Shown: piece by piece, positions 23,482 through 34,812 of the stretch
Position numbering within the stretch: the stretch's first letter is position 1
Layout: every line of letters starts with the position of its first letter
NCBI GenBank assembly: GCA_963740085.1
Contig: CAVUCU010000001.1
Coordinates: forward strand, 1,504,001-1,568,000
DNA from: Nitrospirota bacterium
GTDB lineage: Bacteria; Nitrospirota; UBA9217
DNA: 64,000 nt
Reading direction: 5' to 3'
Notes under the pieces: generated by a model
The model's database searches: none
What the model was told of the DNA's origin: nothing
The model's input: only the letters and a program-made list of their open reading frames with translations
Made by a program: the position numbers and the translations under genes

Positions 23482-24199
23482 GATCCGCAATCTCGATGCC
23501 GGATACGGCGGCCTGACCGTTCTGCGGCGACTTTCGCTCCATGTGAAATCAGGCGAGATCGTCACGATCATCGGCGCGAACGGCGCGGGCAAGACCACGC
23601 TTCTCAAGACCATTATGGGTCTGCTCCGGGCCCAGGCGGGCGAGATCGTGTTCAACGACCGGGACATCGGACGCGTTCCGACGGAGCGGATCGTTTTTAA
23701 CGGATGTTCACTCGTACCTGAAGGCAGGCAGGTGTTTCCCGCCATGCCGGTCAAGGAGAACCTGTTGCTCGGCGCATACGTCCAGTTCAAGCGCGGCAAC
23801 AGGCATGAGGTGGAGGGCGATCTCGGGCGAATCTACAGCCTCTTCCCGGTGCTGAAGCAGCGCGAAAAGCAGCTTGCAGGCACGCTGTCCGGCGGCGAGC
23901 AACAGATGCTTGCCATAGGCAGGGCGCTCATGGCGCGGCCGAAGCTTGTCATGCTCGATGAACCTTCCATGGGCCTGGCGCCGCTCATGGTGAAAGATAT
24001 CTTCAACATTATCGTAAAGCTCCGCGACGAGGGAAATACGGTGCTGCTGGTGGAGCAGAACGCGCGAAGTGCGCTCAAGATCGCAAACCGCGGCTACGTG
24101 CTCGAAACGGGCAGGATCATCCTCTCAGGAGAGGCCGAAGACCTGCTCGCGAACCGGGATGTGCAGCGGGCGTATCTTGGCAGAGATATCAACGAATAA
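23474..24199 (+). CDS. livF: LIV-family ABC ATPase (LivF-like)
   Basis: [27 protein letters not shown]. Confidence 0.92.
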   Translation: MLKIRNLDAGYGGLTVLRRLSLHVKSGEIVTIIGANGAGKTTLLKTIMGLLRAQAGEIVFNDRDIGRVPTERIVFNGCSLVPEGRQVFPAMPVKENLLLGAYVQFKRGNRHEVEGDLGRIYSLFPVLKQREKQLAGTLSGGEQQMLAIGRALMARPKLVMLDEPSMGLAPLMVKDIFNIIVKLRDEGNTVLLVEQNARSALKIANRGYVLETGRIILSGEAEDLLANRDVQRAYLGRDINE

Positions 24200-24202
24200 A
24201 TC

Positions 24203-24272
24203 GCGAGGGACGATAGACGAAGGACGATTGAGGCTTAAATTCTTTTTCGTCCCTCGTCAATCGTCCGTCATC
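24203..24272. repeat. Inverted tandem heptamer element (GACGA / TCGTC)
   Basis: cgagg gacgata gacgaag gacgatt ... ttcgtcc ctcgtca atcgtcc gtcatc. Confidence 0.8.
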
Positions 24273-24302
24273 TTTTGTATTTTTCTAACAGCGGAGGTGG
24301 TC

Positions 24303-25607
24303 ATGTCGACCTATTGGCAGCCTGAAAGCGAATGTATGGACCGGAAAGAGCTGGAGCAGCTGCAGCTTGAACGGCTCGAGGCCACCCTGAGCCGGGTGTA
24401 CATGAACGTCCCCTTTTACCGGAAAAAGTTCGACGAGGTCAAGTTCAACCCCGATGACCTTCGCTCTCTCAATGACCTGAGCAGGCTGCCCTTCACGACA
24501 AAAAACGACCTCCGGGAAAACTATCCGTATGGACTTTTTGCCGTGCCGCTCCGGGAGGTCGTCCGGATCCACGCTTCGTCGGGGACGACCGGGATGTCAA
24601 CCGTCGTGGGCTATTCGAAGAATGACATCAAGACGTGGTCGAACCTGGTAGCGAGGGTTCTGGCGGCCGGCGGCATCACCAAGGATGATGTCATTCAGAT
24701 TGCATTCAACTACGGCCTTTTCACCGGCGCCTTCGGCCTTCACTACGGCGCCGAACGGCTCGGTGCCTCCGTCATACCCGTTTCGAGCGGCAATACGCGC
24801 CGCCAGATCAAGCTCATGCAGGACTTCAAGACCACGGCTCTGGTGAGCACTCCCAGCTATGCCATGATGATCGCTGACACGATGATGGAAATGGGCGTCA
24901 ACCCCAACTCCCTCTCCCTCAAGTACGGCCTTTTTGGCGCGGAGCCCTGGTCCGATTCCATGCGCAAAGAAATTGAAGGCAAGCTCAAGATCGTGGCTAC
25001 GGACAATTACGGTCTCTCCGAAGTGATGGGGCCCGGCGTTGCCGGAGAGTGTTTGGAACGAAACGGTCTGCACATTGCTGAAGACCACTTCCTCGTCGAG
25101 TGGATCAATCCGGACACTCTTGAGCCGGTCAAACCCGGAGAGATCGGAGAAATGGTCATCACCACGCTGACCAAGGAAGCCTTCCCGGTCATCCGGTACC
25201 GGACCCGCGATCTGACCCGTCTCATTCCTGAACCCTGCCCCTGCGCCAGGACCATGAGGAGGATGACGCGGGTGTACGGCAGGACCGACGACATGCTGAT
25301 CATTCGCGGTGTGAATGTGTTTCCGCAGCAGATTGAGAACGTGCTGTTCGAGATCGAAGGAGTTGCCCCGCATTATCAGATCATCGTCGATCGCAAGGGC
25401 GCGCTTGATGAGACGACGGTAAATGTTGAAGTATCGGAGTCCATGTTCTTCGACGAGATGAAAAAGCAAAGTGAGCTGAAAGAAACCATCAAGAAGCGTC
25501 TTGCCTCGGAGCTCGGCATCTCCGTCGACGTGAAACTTGTGGAGAAAAAAACGCTGGAGCGGTTCGAGGGAAAAGCGAAGCGGGTCGTCGATAATCGTAA
25601 ATTCTAA
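24303..25607 (+). CDS. paaK: Phenylacetate-CoA ligase family protein 1
   Basis: [46 protein letters not shown]. Confidence 0.92.
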   Translation: MSTYWQPESECMDRKELEQLQLERLEATLSRVYMNVPFYRKKFDEVKFNPDDLRSLNDLSRLPFTTKNDLRENYPYGLFAVPLREVVRIHASSGTTGMSTVVGYSKNDIKTWSNLVARVLAAGGITKDDVIQIAFNYGLFTGAFGLHYGAERLGASVIPVSSGNTRRQIKLMQDFKTTALVSTPSYAMMIADTMMEMGVNPNSLSLKYGLFGAEPWSDSMRKEIEGKLKIVATDNYGLSEVMGPGVAGECLERNGLHIAEDHFLVEWINPDTLEPVKPGEIGEMVITTLTKEAFPVIRYRTRDLTRLIPEPCPCARTMRRMTRVYGRTDDMLIIRGVNVFPQQIENVLFEIEGVAPHYQIIVDRKGALDETTVNVEVSESMFFDEMKKQSELKETIKKRLASELGISVDVKLVEKKTLERFEGKAKRVVDNRKF

Positions 25608-25704
25608 ATCCCAAACGCTAGATCCGAAACAATATCGAATGAAAAAAATATCAAAGAAAGGTTCAGCACGTCTTGGAGATTAGAACTTCGTGCTTAGGAT
25701 TTGC
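25599..25704. repeat. Inverted tandem heptamer element (AAATCC-type)
   Basis: aaattct aaatccc aaacgct agatccg aaac ... agattag aacttcg tgcttag gattt. Confidence 0.85.
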
Positions 25705-25707
25705 CGC

Positions 25708-26517
25708 ATGAATTACATCGACTTTCATACCCATGTCTTCCCGGACAAGATCGCCAAGGCTGCAATGGACGCGCTCGCCTCGGAGTCCGGCACCTATCGT
25801 CCACGAACGGACGGGACCCTGCAGGGTTTGCTCGACTCGATGGAACGAGCGAACATCTCCGCAAGCCTGGTGGCGAACATCGCGACGAAACCGACCCAGC
25901 TTTTTCCGGTCCTTGATTTCTGCAAGCAGATGAAGAGCGACCGCATCCATCCGCTGGTCTCGTTTCACCCCACCAATGATCCGGATGACGTTGAGGATAT
26001 GCTGGGCGAAGCCCAGCGGGCGGGCATCCGTGGAGTCAAGCTTCACCCCATGTACCAGCGCTTTTTCATCGACAGCAAACATATGTACGGCTTTTATGAG
26101 CTCATCGCCAGCTTCGGCTTCTATATCATATTCCACACCGGATACGACATCGCCTTTCCCGACAATACCCAGGCGGACGTGGAACGCGTAAAAAAAGTGG
26201 CCGATTGGTTCAAGGACCTCACCATCGTGTGCACGCATGTCGGGGGATGGAAGCAATGGGACCGGATCCATTGTCTCAGCGACTGCAAGAATGTTTACAC
26301 CGAGACGTCGATGACCTTGAGCGAAGTAAGCGACGAAGAGTTCATCAGACTCATCGGGCACTTTGATGAGGACCGGGTCCTGTTCGGGAGCGACAGTCCC
26401 TGGACGGACCAGAAGGAAATGCTGGAGCGAACACTGCATTTGAAGATAGCTGACAGGGCGAAAGAGAAGATGCTGTACACGAATGCCGCCGTTCTTCTTG
26501 GCTTGAATAAGCCATGA
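25708..26517 (+). CDS. Amidohydrolase family protein
   Basis: IDFHTH, GVKLHP, FHTG, LFGSDSPW. Confidence 0.9.
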   Translation: MNYIDFHTHVFPDKIAKAAMDALASESGTYRPRTDGTLQGLLDSMERANISASLVANIATKPTQLFPVLDFCKQMKSDRIHPLVSFHPTNDPDDVEDMLGEAQRAGIRGVKLHPMYQRFFIDSKHMYGFYELIASFGFYIIFHTGYDIAFPDNTQADVERVKKVADWFKDLTIVCTHVGGWKQWDRIHCLSDCKNVYTETSMTLSEVSDEEFIRLIGHFDEDRVLFGSDSPWTDQKEMLERTLHLKIADRAKEKMLYTNAAVLLGLNKP

Positions 26518-26661
26518 GGGATCCTCATATTAAAAACGTATGGGGTTGTCCCATACGTTACTTATCGAAGCGAGAAAAGGGCGGTTCGTTGTCGAGTCAT
26601 CACGCGAACTTCTCATCAATGATCGACAGCGCGAACCTTGAACGAGCCCTGAAATCACGTT

Positions 26662-27020
26662 ATGAAAAAAATTGTGCTGGCGGAAAACATTAACGCGGTC
26701 CTGAGAAAGAAGAACCGTTTCCCGGACCGGGGGATTTGCGCGTCTTCATCGCGACAACGACTGACGAGGTGCTGCGGATCCATCGGACGGTCCGCGCGGA
26801 CCTGATCATCATCCCTCTCGATATGCCCGGAATCGATAGTGAGGAGCTCTGCTCCCTCCTCAGGCAGGATGCGGAAAAGGGTGCGGTCCCGTCATCATGG
26901 TCTGTGCGCACGCCCGGAGAGCGATCGAACAAAACACCGTGGACATCCTGATCAAAGCGGGGTATGAACCGGGAATCGCAGTGATGAAGCGAAGATTTCA
27001 GGGACACCTGCTGAAGCTTA
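26662..27020 (+). pseudogene. Decayed response-regulator receiver gene
   Basis: MKKIVLAE.. / LRVFIATTTDEVLRIHR..DLIIIPLDMPGID..LC / VIMVC.. spread over different frames (two apparent frameshifts). Confidence 0.6.
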
Positions 27021-27596
27021 CTTCTCTTGCGCCCTGCCTGCCGAAAAAGCCTTCTGATTTATCTCAAGCACTTTTTTGGGGACCGTGTTCTTGATCGCTT
27101 CGAGAATGACCGACTCCTTGAGCGGCAGAAACTTGAGCGCCGCACCGAGCAGCACGAGATTGAGCGTGCGCTTGTCCCCGGCTGCGACCGCGAGTTCCGT
27201 CCCATCGAAAGGCATGACGGTCTTGACGCGATCCTTGATGACCGTATTAATATCGGCCGGATATTTTTCCACCGCGATGGAAACGCCGATCGTGCCGATG
27301 GACCGGGTATTGTAAATGACCACGCCGTCATCCTTGAGGAAATGAATATACCGCGCGGTCTCGAGGGGCTCGAACCCGATCAGCAGGTCGGCCTCTCCCT
27401 CACTCACGATCGGCGAAAAGACCTTGTCTCCGAACCGCACTTGCGACAGCACGCTGCCGCCGCGCTGGGCCATGCCGTGAACCTCGCTCTGCTTCACATC
27501 GAGACCCGCGAGGAGCGCCGCCTCGGCAATGACCTTGCTCGTCAGGAGCACGCCCTGTCCTCCTACGCCGCTGATTAGAATATTAAAAACATCCAC
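27018..27596 (-). CDS. iorB: Indolepyruvate:ferredoxin oxidoreductase beta subunit
   Basis: GVGGQG, SEVHGMAQRGGSV. Confidence 0.94.
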   Translation of the reverse strand: MDVFNILISGVGGQGVLLTSKVIAEAALLAGLDVKQSEVHGMAQRGGSVLSQVRFGDKVFSPIVSEGEADLLIGFEPLETARYIHFLKDDGVVIYNTRSIGTIGVSIAVEKYPADINTVIKDRVKTVMPFDGTELAVAAGDKRTLNLVLLGAALKFLPLKESVILEAIKNTVPKKVLEINQKAFSAGRAQEK

Positions 27597-27612
27597 GCGT
27601 TGAACTCCTTTA

Positions 27613-27725
27613 CTGCGTATATGCGTTGATGCGAATATGGGTAAATGCGTTAAAGCATAGAATCCCGAATCTACGTTTTTTTATATCCGTGTCTTTACGC
27701 ATAAACGCATCCTCGCATTAACACT
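27613..27725. repeat. Inverted tandem octamer element (ATGCGTAA / TTACGCAT)
   Basis: tgcgtata tgcgttga tgcgaata tgggtaaa tgcgttaa ... tttacgca taaacgca tcctcgca ttaacac. Confidence 0.85.
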
Positions 27726-27733
27726 TCCCCGCT

Positions 27734-29479
27734 TCATCCCTGCTTCATCGACCCCGTGGTGCAGAGCTGGGCGCAGATGCCGCAGCCGTTGCAGAGAAGC
27801 GGATCGATCTCCACAAAACCCGTCTTGCCTTCGGGCGTGAAGGAAAGGGCAATGCACCCCGCCTTGAGACACGTCTTGCACCCGGAGCAGGTCTTCCGCT
27901 CCACCGCGTAGGCCTTCTTGGTGACACGGTAGCGCAGCACGCAGGGCTGGTTCGAAATGAGCACCGTCGGCCCTTTTTCGGCAAGTTCTTCCTTCATGAT
28001 CTTCTCGAGGTCCTTGATGTTATAGGCGTCGATCTCGCGCACCCGCTTCGCGCCGATAGCCTGACAGAGCTTCGCGATATCGAGGCTGGGCGCCTCGGTC
28101 CCCTGGGCGTTGCGGCCCGTGCCGGCATGCTCCTGCCCGCCGGTCATGCCGGTCGTGTCGTTGTTCATGATGATCACGATGGCATCGCCGCCGTTGTATA
28201 CCATATTGATCAGACCGGTGATGCCGGAATGAAGGAACGTGGAATCGCCGATCACGGCCACGGGCTTTTGCTGCACTCCCTTGAGCGCCAGGCCCCGCGC
28301 GATGCCGTGGGCTGCCGAAATGCTGGCGCCCATGCAGATGCAGGTATGCATGGACGAGAACGGCGGCAGCGCGCCGAGCGTATAGCAGCCGATATCGCCC
28401 GACACGAAGAGCTTCAGCTTTGCGATGACCGTATAGAGGCCGCGGTGGGAACATCCGGGGCAGAACGTAGGCGGCCGCATGATCAGGCCGGCCAGAGGGG
28501 CCTTGCATACGAGCGGCTTTCCCGTGACTGCATCATGGACCAGGCGCGACGACAGCTCACCGCAGACGGGGAATGCGGCCTTGCCGAAATGCACGGCGAT
28601 GCCCATGGCCTTCACCTGCTCCTCAATGAACCCGTCGAGTTCCTCCACGATAGCAAGCTTTTTGACCGTCGCGGCAAAGTCGCGGATCTTCTTTTCCGGA
28701 AGCGGATAGGTAACACCGAGCTTCAGGACCGGCGCATCCGGGAAGGCCTCTCGCACGTACTGAAACGCGATGCCGTTCGCGATAAAGCCGACCTCGCCGC
28801 TGCCGCTGATCACCTGGTTCATGGCTGTGCCCTCGGCCCACTCTTTGAGCCTGCCGAGCCGCTCCTCCACGATCAGGTGGCGCTTCTTTGCGTTGGCGGG
28901 AAGCATCACATACTTCGGCACGTCCCGCGCCAGGTCGCGGTCCTTCACCGCAATGGGCTCCGCGTTCTCAACCACGCTCTTGCAGTGGGAGATACGGGTT
29001 GTTGTCCTGAGGATCACCGGCGTATCAAAGGTCTCCGAAAGCTCAAAGGCCTGCCGGACATAATCACGCGCCTCGGCCGAGTCAGCCGGCTCCAGGCAGA
29101 GGACCTTTGCCATGCGTGCGTAATGGCGCGTGTCCTGCTCGTTCTGGGAACTGAACATGCCGGGATCGTCGGCAACCATGAGCACGAGCCCGGCGTTAAT
29201 GCCGGTGTACGCTGCGGTCATGAGCGGGTCCGCGGCCACGTTCACGCCCACGTGCTTCATGCACGCGAGGGACCGCACGCCGGACAGGGCGCCCCCGATT
29301 GCCACCTCGAGGGCCACCTTTTCGTTCACGGACCACTCAGCGTGGATACCTTTCTCGTGAGACAGCGTCTCGAGCACTTCGGTGCTCGGCGTACCCGGAT
29401 AGGCCGCGGCGAGCTTGCCGCCTGCTTCGATGAACCCCCGCGCGATCGCTTCGTTTCCGGAAAGAATTGCTTTCTTCAA
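27734..29479 (-). CDS. iorA: Indolepyruvate:ferredoxin oxidoreductase alpha subunit
   Basis: YPGTPSTE, MKHVGVNVA, CPGCSH, GDSTFLHSG, two C-terminal 4Fe-4S motifs. Confidence 0.95.
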   Translation of the reverse strand: MKKAILSGNEAIARGFIEAGGKLAAAYPGTPSTEVLETLSHEKGIHAEWSVNEKVALEVAIGGALSGVRSLACMKHVGVNVAADPLMTAAYTGINAGLVLMVADDPGMFSSQNEQDTRHYARMAKVLCLEPADSAEARDYVRQAFELSETFDTPVILRTTTRISHCKSVVENAEPIAVKDRDLARDVPKYVMLPANAKKRHLIVEERLGRLKEWAEGTAMNQVISGSGEVGFIANGIAFQYVREAFPDAPVLKLGVTYPLPEKKIRDFAATVKKLAIVEELDGFIEEQVKAMGIAVHFGKAAFPVCGELSSRLVHDAVTGKPLVCKAPLAGLIMRPPTFCPGCSHRGLYTVIAKLKLFVSGDIGCYTLGALPPFSSMHTCICMGASISAAHGIARGLALKGVQQKPVAVIGDSTFLHSGITGLINMVYNGGDAIVIIMNNDTTGMTGGQEHAGTGRNAQGTEAPSLDIAKLCQAIGAKRVREIDAYNIKDLEKIMKEELAEKGPTVLISNQPCVLRYRVTKKAYAVERKTCSGCKTCLKAGCIALSFTPEGKTGFVEIDPLLCNGCGICAQLCTTGSMKQG

Positions 29480-29498
29480 ACCTACACCTCAAATATTA

Positions 29499-29609
29499 TC
29501 TCTCGCAGAGGCGCAGAGGCCGCAGAGAAAGACGGATTTAGTCATCAGTTTTAAATCTAAATCTTAAGACTTTGACCTCCTCTGCGCTCTCTGCGCCTCT
29601 GCGAGAAAA
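29499..29609. repeat. Inverted tandem 8/9-mer element (CGCAGAG / CTCTGCG)
   Basis: tctcgcagaggcgcagaggccgcagaga ... ctctgcgctctctgcgcctctgcgaga. Confidence 0.9.
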
Positions 29610-29615
29610 TGTCTT

Positions 29616-30959
29616 TTATTTTGGTCTATTGTCAATGACCCGTTTGGCCTTGCCTTCGCTCCGCTGGATCGCACTGGGAGGCACCAGCGTCACTTCGGTA
29701 TTCACGCCGATGATGTCCTTGACGTTCTTCTGGATGTCGCGCTTGATCTTGATGAGGTCCTCTTCTTCCTGCGCAAAGGACTTGAGATCGGTGGAAAGCA
29801 CTTTTGCCGCCAGTTTCTCCATGCACTCGGCGGTCACCTCAACGCGTACGTTCATCACGTCCATCCTCCCCTTCCGGTCCACTTCTATGACATAGTGCGG
29901 GGCAATGTCCTTGGTACGGAGCAACACGGATTCCACCTGGGACGGGAAGACGTTCACGCCCCGGATGATCAGCATATCATCGGCCCGCCCCCTGACCCGT
30001 CGCATCCGAACCAGCGTCCTGCCGCAAGAGCACTTTTCGGGATTAAGACGCGTGATGTCGCCTGTTCGGTAGCGTATGAGCGGCATGGCCTCTCGCGACA
30101 TGCTCGTGATCGTGAGCTCGCCTTCCTGACCATACGGAAGCGGTTCGCCTGTCTCGGGGTTGATGATCTCGGGATAGAAGTGGTCCTCGTTGATATGGAG
30201 ACCTTCCTGCGCCTCGATGCACTCCGAAGACACGCCGGGGCCGATGATCTCGGAAAGACCGTAGATGTCGATGGCCTTGATCCGCAACCGCTCTTCGATC
30301 TCATGACGCATCTCATCGGTCCAGGGCTCCGCGCCGAACAGTCCAACGCGCAGCTTGATCGTGTCGAGATTGATCTTCATCTCGCAGGCCACGTCGTAGA
30401 CGTAGAGGGCGAAGGACGGCGTACAGGTGAGCGCCGTGCTGCCGAAGTCCTGGAGCAGCATGATCTGCTTCTGCGTGTTGCCGCCGGAGATCGGTATAAC
30501 GGCGGCGCCCACGCGTTCCGCGCCGTAGTGCGCACCGAGCCCGCCGGTGAACAGGCCGTAGCCGTAAGCATTCTGGACCACGTCCTTGCTCGTGACGCCG
30601 GCGCAGGTAAAGGTCCGCGCCATCACGTCCGCCCAGAGGCTGATGTCGTTACGGTTGTAGGCTACGACCGTGGGCTTGCCGGTCGTGCCTGATGAGGCAT
30701 GAATGCGTACGATAGTATCAAGCGGTTCGGCAAAGAGGCCGTAGGGATAATTGTCGCGAAGGTCGGCTTTCTTCGTGAACGGAAGTTTAACAACGTCCTG
30801 GATGTCCCGGATATCGGAGGGTTTGATGCCCTTTTCATCAAACTTCTTTTTATAAAAAGGCACGCGGGCATAGACCCGCTCGCAGACCTTTTGAAGTCGT
30901 TGGCTCTGCAATTTCGCAAGTTCCGGTCGAGACAGCGATTCTTCTGCATTCCAGGGCAT
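29616..30959 (-). CDS. paaK: Phenylacetate-CoA ligase family protein 2
   Basis: [37 protein letters not shown]. Confidence 0.93.
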   Translation of the reverse strand: MPWNAEESLSRPELAKLQSQRLQKVCERVYARVPFYKKKFDEKGIKPSDIRDIQDVVKLPFTKKADLRDNYPYGLFAEPLDTIVRIHASSGTTGKPTVVAYNRNDISLWADVMARTFTCAGVTSKDVVQNAYGYGLFTGGLGAHYGAERVGAAVIPISGGNTQKQIMLLQDFGSTALTCTPSFALYVYDVACEMKINLDTIKLRVGLFGAEPWTDEMRHEIEERLRIKAIDIYGLSEIIGPGVSSECIEAQEGLHINEDHFYPEIINPETGEPLPYGQEGELTITSMSREAMPLIRYRTGDITRLNPEKCSCGRTLVRMRRVRGRADDMLIIRGVNVFPSQVESVLLRTKDIAPHYVIEVDRKGRMDVMNVRVEVTAECMEKLAAKVLSTDLKSFAQEEEDLIKIKRDIQKNVKDIIGVNTEVTLVPPSAIQRSEGKAKRVIDNRPK

Positions 30960-31138
30960 GAGCGGCTCCTTGTGAGATTGGATTCAAGTCCGAAAAAAAC
31001 GGGGATTTGCTTTGAAACGCGGCTATTATAAACCAGAACGCACGGATTTGTAAACAGAAATCCATATTATCTCTTGGATAAGCGGGGGCATTTTGCTATA
31101 ATAACGGGGTTGTGGGGCGCAGGAGGAAAGAACGACCA

Positions 31139-31546
31139 ATGGATACGCTGAAGAGATTTGTGGAGAATGACCGTTATGCAAAGCATCTTGGCATCGAGAT
31201 GCTGGAATACGGACAGGGTAAGGCAAAAGCCAGGATGGAGGTGCAGCAGCATCACCTGAACAGCGCGGGGATGCTTCACGGAGGCGCCATCTTCTCGCTC
31301 GCCGACGCCGTTTTTTCAGCGGCCTCTAATTCTCACGGGACACTTGCCGTCGCCATTAATGTGAGCATTTCGTTCTTCAAGGCGGCGAAAAGCGGCACCC
31401 TGACGGCATCGGCCGAAGAGGCGTCGTTCAACCCCAGGCTCGCGACCTATCTGATCAACGTTCACGACGAAGCAGGGAACAAGATCGCCCTGTTCCAGGG
31501 CACGGTGTACCGAAAGAAAGATCCTATCGCTGATGTCATAAAATGA
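31139..31546 (+). CDS. paaI: PaaI-family hotdog thioesterase
   Basis: HLN..G..HGGAIFSLADA motif; divergent from paaK2. Confidence 0.88.
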   Translation: MDTLKRFVENDRYAKHLGIEMLEYGQGKAKARMEVQQHHLNSAGMLHGGAIFSLADAVFSAASNSHGTLAVAINVSISFFKAAKSGTLTASAEEASFNPRLATYLINVHDEAGNKIALFQGTVYRKKDPIADVIK

Positions 31547-31754
31547 TGTCTCCGTCTGTGTAGACCGTACGACGTCGTTATTGCGATGGGCGCGGACATG
31601 ACGTCCGAAGGAATCGAAGACGCATGATATTCCCAATAACGCGATGTGCGTTATGGGCCATATGACATAGCTGTCTGGCAAAAACGTACTTCCGTTACAG
31701 CGCGACCAGCGTTGAGAGAACGAACTAAGGTGTGGTTCGTCTATAATTAGTCGA

Positions 31755-32222
31755 GTGATTCATGGGGACATCGTTATGGATATGCCTTTCGTATGCTTCA
31801 ATAGAAAAAGTCTCGAAACGATTTTACCGCACAGAGGGGCGGCCCTCAGAAAAATTGACGGCGTTTTTTATAGCGCGGGCGACCCCGATATGTTGACGGG
31901 AGTCAAGGAACTTCGCGATGACGACGCGGATATTGAAGGCCATTTTCCCGGGGCGCCGACGTATCCCGGTTATGCCCAGGACGAATTTGTCTGTCTTATT
32001 GCCGCAGCGCTTATTCCGATCGCGCTCGAAGATTTAAAAAAGGGTCCGCGCGTTGTTCAGAAGATCGTGCGGTATAAAAAAAATGCTGCGCCCGGCGACA
32101 CGTTGATCGCAAAAGTCAAGCTCAACGGAAGGCGGGCCAAGTTTATTATGTTTTCAGCCGAAATACGGAATCAGAACAACGAGATCGTCGCTGAGTACGA
32201 GAAAATCATCGGGGCGATATAA
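31755..32222 (+). CDS. FabA/FabZ-like hotdog dehydratase
   Basis: ILPHR...GHFPGAPTYPG; start may be ATG 31776. Confidence 0.75.
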   Translation: MIHGDIVMDMPFVCFNRKSLETILPHRGAALRKIDGVFYSAGDPDMLTGVKELRDDDADIEGHFPGAPTYPGYAQDEFVCLIAAALIPIALEDLKKGPRVVQKIVRYKKNAAPGDTLIAKVKLNGRRAKFIMFSAEIRNQNNEIVAEYEKIIGAI

Positions 32223-32303
32223 AAGGGCATCGACCGGATCGGCGGCGATTTTAATGTGTCGAAAATTAAAGACCGGTCGGACGATAAGAAGAGGTAATGG
32301 TTT

Positions 32304-32714
32304 ATGACTGAAGACCGAAGGAGAGGGTCATCGACCGAAGGTTCTCCGGACGATCATATTGAAAAAAGACGCGAAAAAAGATTCGACGTTCCCGATGTCT
32401 GCCGGCAGGATATCAGGTTACAGGTAAAGAGCGGCGATGCGTTCGTTCCTGCCACTCTTGCCAACGTTAGCCGTAATGGCGTTCTCTTCAAGTGTCCCGC
32501 ATCGTTCAGCAAGGAAACGCAGACAGAATGCATCCTGTCGATTTCTTTGCTGCAGTCCCGGGAAATATCATTCGTTATTCAGATCAAGTATTCCTATGCG
32601 GACAATGGATCCCATACTACGGGAGCTTCTATTGTTTCGATTTCAGATGAAGTATGGTTTGGTGTTTTTGTTGAAGTGCATGCTTTGGCCGTGCTGCGCA
32701 AGGGCTCCGCATAG
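32304..32714 (+). CDS. PilZ-domain protein
   Basis: EKRREKR (RxxxR) and NVSRNG (D/NxSxxG). Confidence 0.75.
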   Translation: MTEDRRRGSSTEGSPDDHIEKRREKRFDVPDVCRQDIRLQVKSGDAFVPATLANVSRNGVLFKCPASFSKETQTECILSISLLQSREISFVIQIKYSYADNGSHTTGASIVSISDEVWFGVFVEVHALAVLRKGSA

Positions 32715-32873
32715 CACCTTTATAGGGGAACCCGTTTCGTCGTGCCTCAAAACCGGCCATGCAGCCGTTCAGAATGGCATGCGCTCTTTTCATCTTCGCT
32801 ATGCCCTGCTCGTCCACAGCCGCCTTGAAAATTTCACTTTGTCATTTTCCGAAGAAATGCTATAGTTCCTGCC

Positions 32874-34118
32874 ATGACTGATTCGAAGGCCTCGCGTCTT
32901 CCTTTTCATTATGGCTGGGTCATAGTCGTAACCGGCATGCTCTGCATCTTTGCCTGCCTCGGATTCGGCCGCTTTGCGCTCGGCATGCTGCTCCCGTCCA
33001 TGGCATCGACCCTCAAGCTCTCCTACTCACAGATCGGCTTCATCAGCACGGGCAATTTTATCGGTTATCTCGCGTCAGTCCTGTTCTGCGGCCACGTCGC
33101 GCGCCGCATCGGGTCCCGCCGGTTGATCGCGATCGCGCTCGTCATTATCGGCGTTTCCATGGCGCTGATCAGCCGGGCCGGGAGCTTCGTTGCGATCCTC
33201 ACGCTCTATTTCGTCACGGGCATTGGAAGCGGCGCAGCGAACGTACCGGTGATGGGGCTCATCACCGCATGGTTCGACCGCACGATCAGGGGAAGGGCTG
33301 CCGGGTTCGTCGTGATCGGCAGCGGGTTCGCGATCATCATCTCCGGCAAGCTCATCCCTTTTGTGAACAGGTTGATCGGCCCCGAGGGATGGCGGACGAA
33401 CTGGCTGATTCTCGCCGGGATCGTACTCGCCATCGCTTATATCAGTTATTTTTATCTGCGAAACAAGCCGGAGGACCTGGGACTGCAACCGCTGGGCAGC
33501 GAAGGCAGGTTTCTCACGCCCGTTCTTCAGGAACACGCGGCGGTCCAGAGCATCTACAGGAACAAGATCCTTTATCTGCTCGGTTCTATCTACTTTCTCT
33601 TCGGCTACACGTACGTGATCTACGCCACCTTCATCGTGACCGCGCTGGTAAAGGAACGGGGGTTCTCGGAAACCATCGCCGGCAATTTTTGGTCCTGGGT
33701 GGGGCTCTTGAGCCTCGTCTCCGGCCCGGTGTTCGGCACGCTTTCGGACCGGCTTGGAAGAAAGTCCGGGCTCATGATCGTGTTCTCGTTCCAGGCGCTG
33801 GCGTATCTCATGGTTGCGGCGAACCTGCCGCCGCTCTTCCTCTATCTTTCGATCGGATTCTACGGCATCGTGGCATGGTCCATCCCGTCGATCATGGTAG
33901 CGGCGGTGAGCGAATACGTCGGTGTCGACAAGGCCCTCGCCGCCTTCGGCTTCATTACGTTCATCTTCGGCCTCGGCCAGATCGCCGGCCCCTCGATCGC
34001 AGGCGTCCTGGCCGAACGGACCGGCAGCTTCTCGTCCAGCTTCTTCATGGCAGCGGTCTTTGCCGGCGCAGCGATCCTCCTTGCCGGTTTTCTGAAAAAA
34101 CCCCGGCTCACAGAGTAA
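32874..34118 (+). CDS. MFS transporter (YbfB/YjiJ-like)
   Basis: About 12 hydrophobic segments, GFGRFA, GTLSDRLGRK. Confidence 0.9.
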   Translation: MTDSKASRLPFHYGWVIVVTGMLCIFACLGFGRFALGMLLPSMASTLKLSYSQIGFISTGNFIGYLASVLFCGHVARRIGSRRLIAIALVIIGVSMALISRAGSFVAILTLYFVTGIGSGAANVPVMGLITAWFDRTIRGRAAGFVVIGSGFAIIISGKLIPFVNRLIGPEGWRTNWLILAGIVLAIAYISYFYLRNKPEDLGLQPLGSEGRFLTPVLQEHAAVQSIYRNKILYLLGSIYFLFGYTYVIYATFIVTALVKERGFSETIAGNFWSWVGLLSLVSGPVFGTLSDRLGRKSGLMIVFSFQALAYLMVAANLPPLFLYLSIGFYGIVAWSIPSIMVAAVSEYVGVDKALAAFGFITFIFGLGQIAGPSIAGVLAERTGSFSSSFFMAAVFAGAAILLAGFLKKPRLTE

Positions 34119-34218
34119 TGTCGCGTTTTTCATAAAAAATCATTGACCCACCTTGTCAGGAGTCACCCGGGAACTGAGCTATAATCAAAATATTCCGCCC
34201 GGGATAAGGAGGATAACC

Positions 34219-34794
34219 ATGAGCAAGATCACGATAGAGAAGAAGCTGTTCTGTCTGCCCTGGACCCAGACGCTCCTGGGCACCCATTTCCAGGGCAGAG
34301 TCAACTTCATGGCCCTGGATTGGCTGACCCGAACGAATTATGACCCGGCTATGCTTGGTATCTGCGTCAGCAACGGACATGCCTCGAACCTGGCCATCCG
34401 GGAAACAAGCCAGTTCAGCGTCAATGTGCCGACGGTGGACATGGTCGAGGTGACCGATTACTGCGGTATCGCCTCAGGAAAGAAGGATGACAAGTCGAAA
34501 CTCTTCGAGGTCTTCTACGGTGAGCTTGCGGCAGCACCGCTGATCACGGCCTGCCCGCTGAATATCGAATGCCGGGTCGTCCAGGCCGTGAACCTTCCGA
34601 CCAACACCTTCTTCATCGCGGAGATCGTCTCGATCTTCTCCGAGGAGAAATACCTCACCGGGAACAAACCTGATGTGAAGAAGATAAGGCCCTTTCTGCT
34701 GACCATGCCCGACAACCGCTTCTGGTCCGTGGGAGAACCTGTAGGGACTGCGTGGAGGGACGGCGCCAAGTTTCGCGAGAAACATGCCTTGTGA
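34219..34794 (+). CDS. Flavin reductase-like (flavoredoxin) protein
   Basis: FSVNVP, DYCGIASG, APLI..CPLNIEC; AGGAGG RBS. Confidence 0.87.
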   Translation: MSKITIEKKLFCLPWTQTLLGTHFQGRVNFMALDWLTRTNYDPAMLGICVSNGHASNLAIRETSQFSVNVPTVDMVEVTDYCGIASGKKDDKSKLFEVFYGELAAAPLITACPLNIECRVVQAVNLPTNTFFIAEIVSIFSEEKYLTGNKPDVKKIRPFLLTMPDNRFWSVGEPVGTAWRDGAKFREKHAL

Positions 34795-34812
34795 AAAAGC
34801 AAAGCAGCAAGT

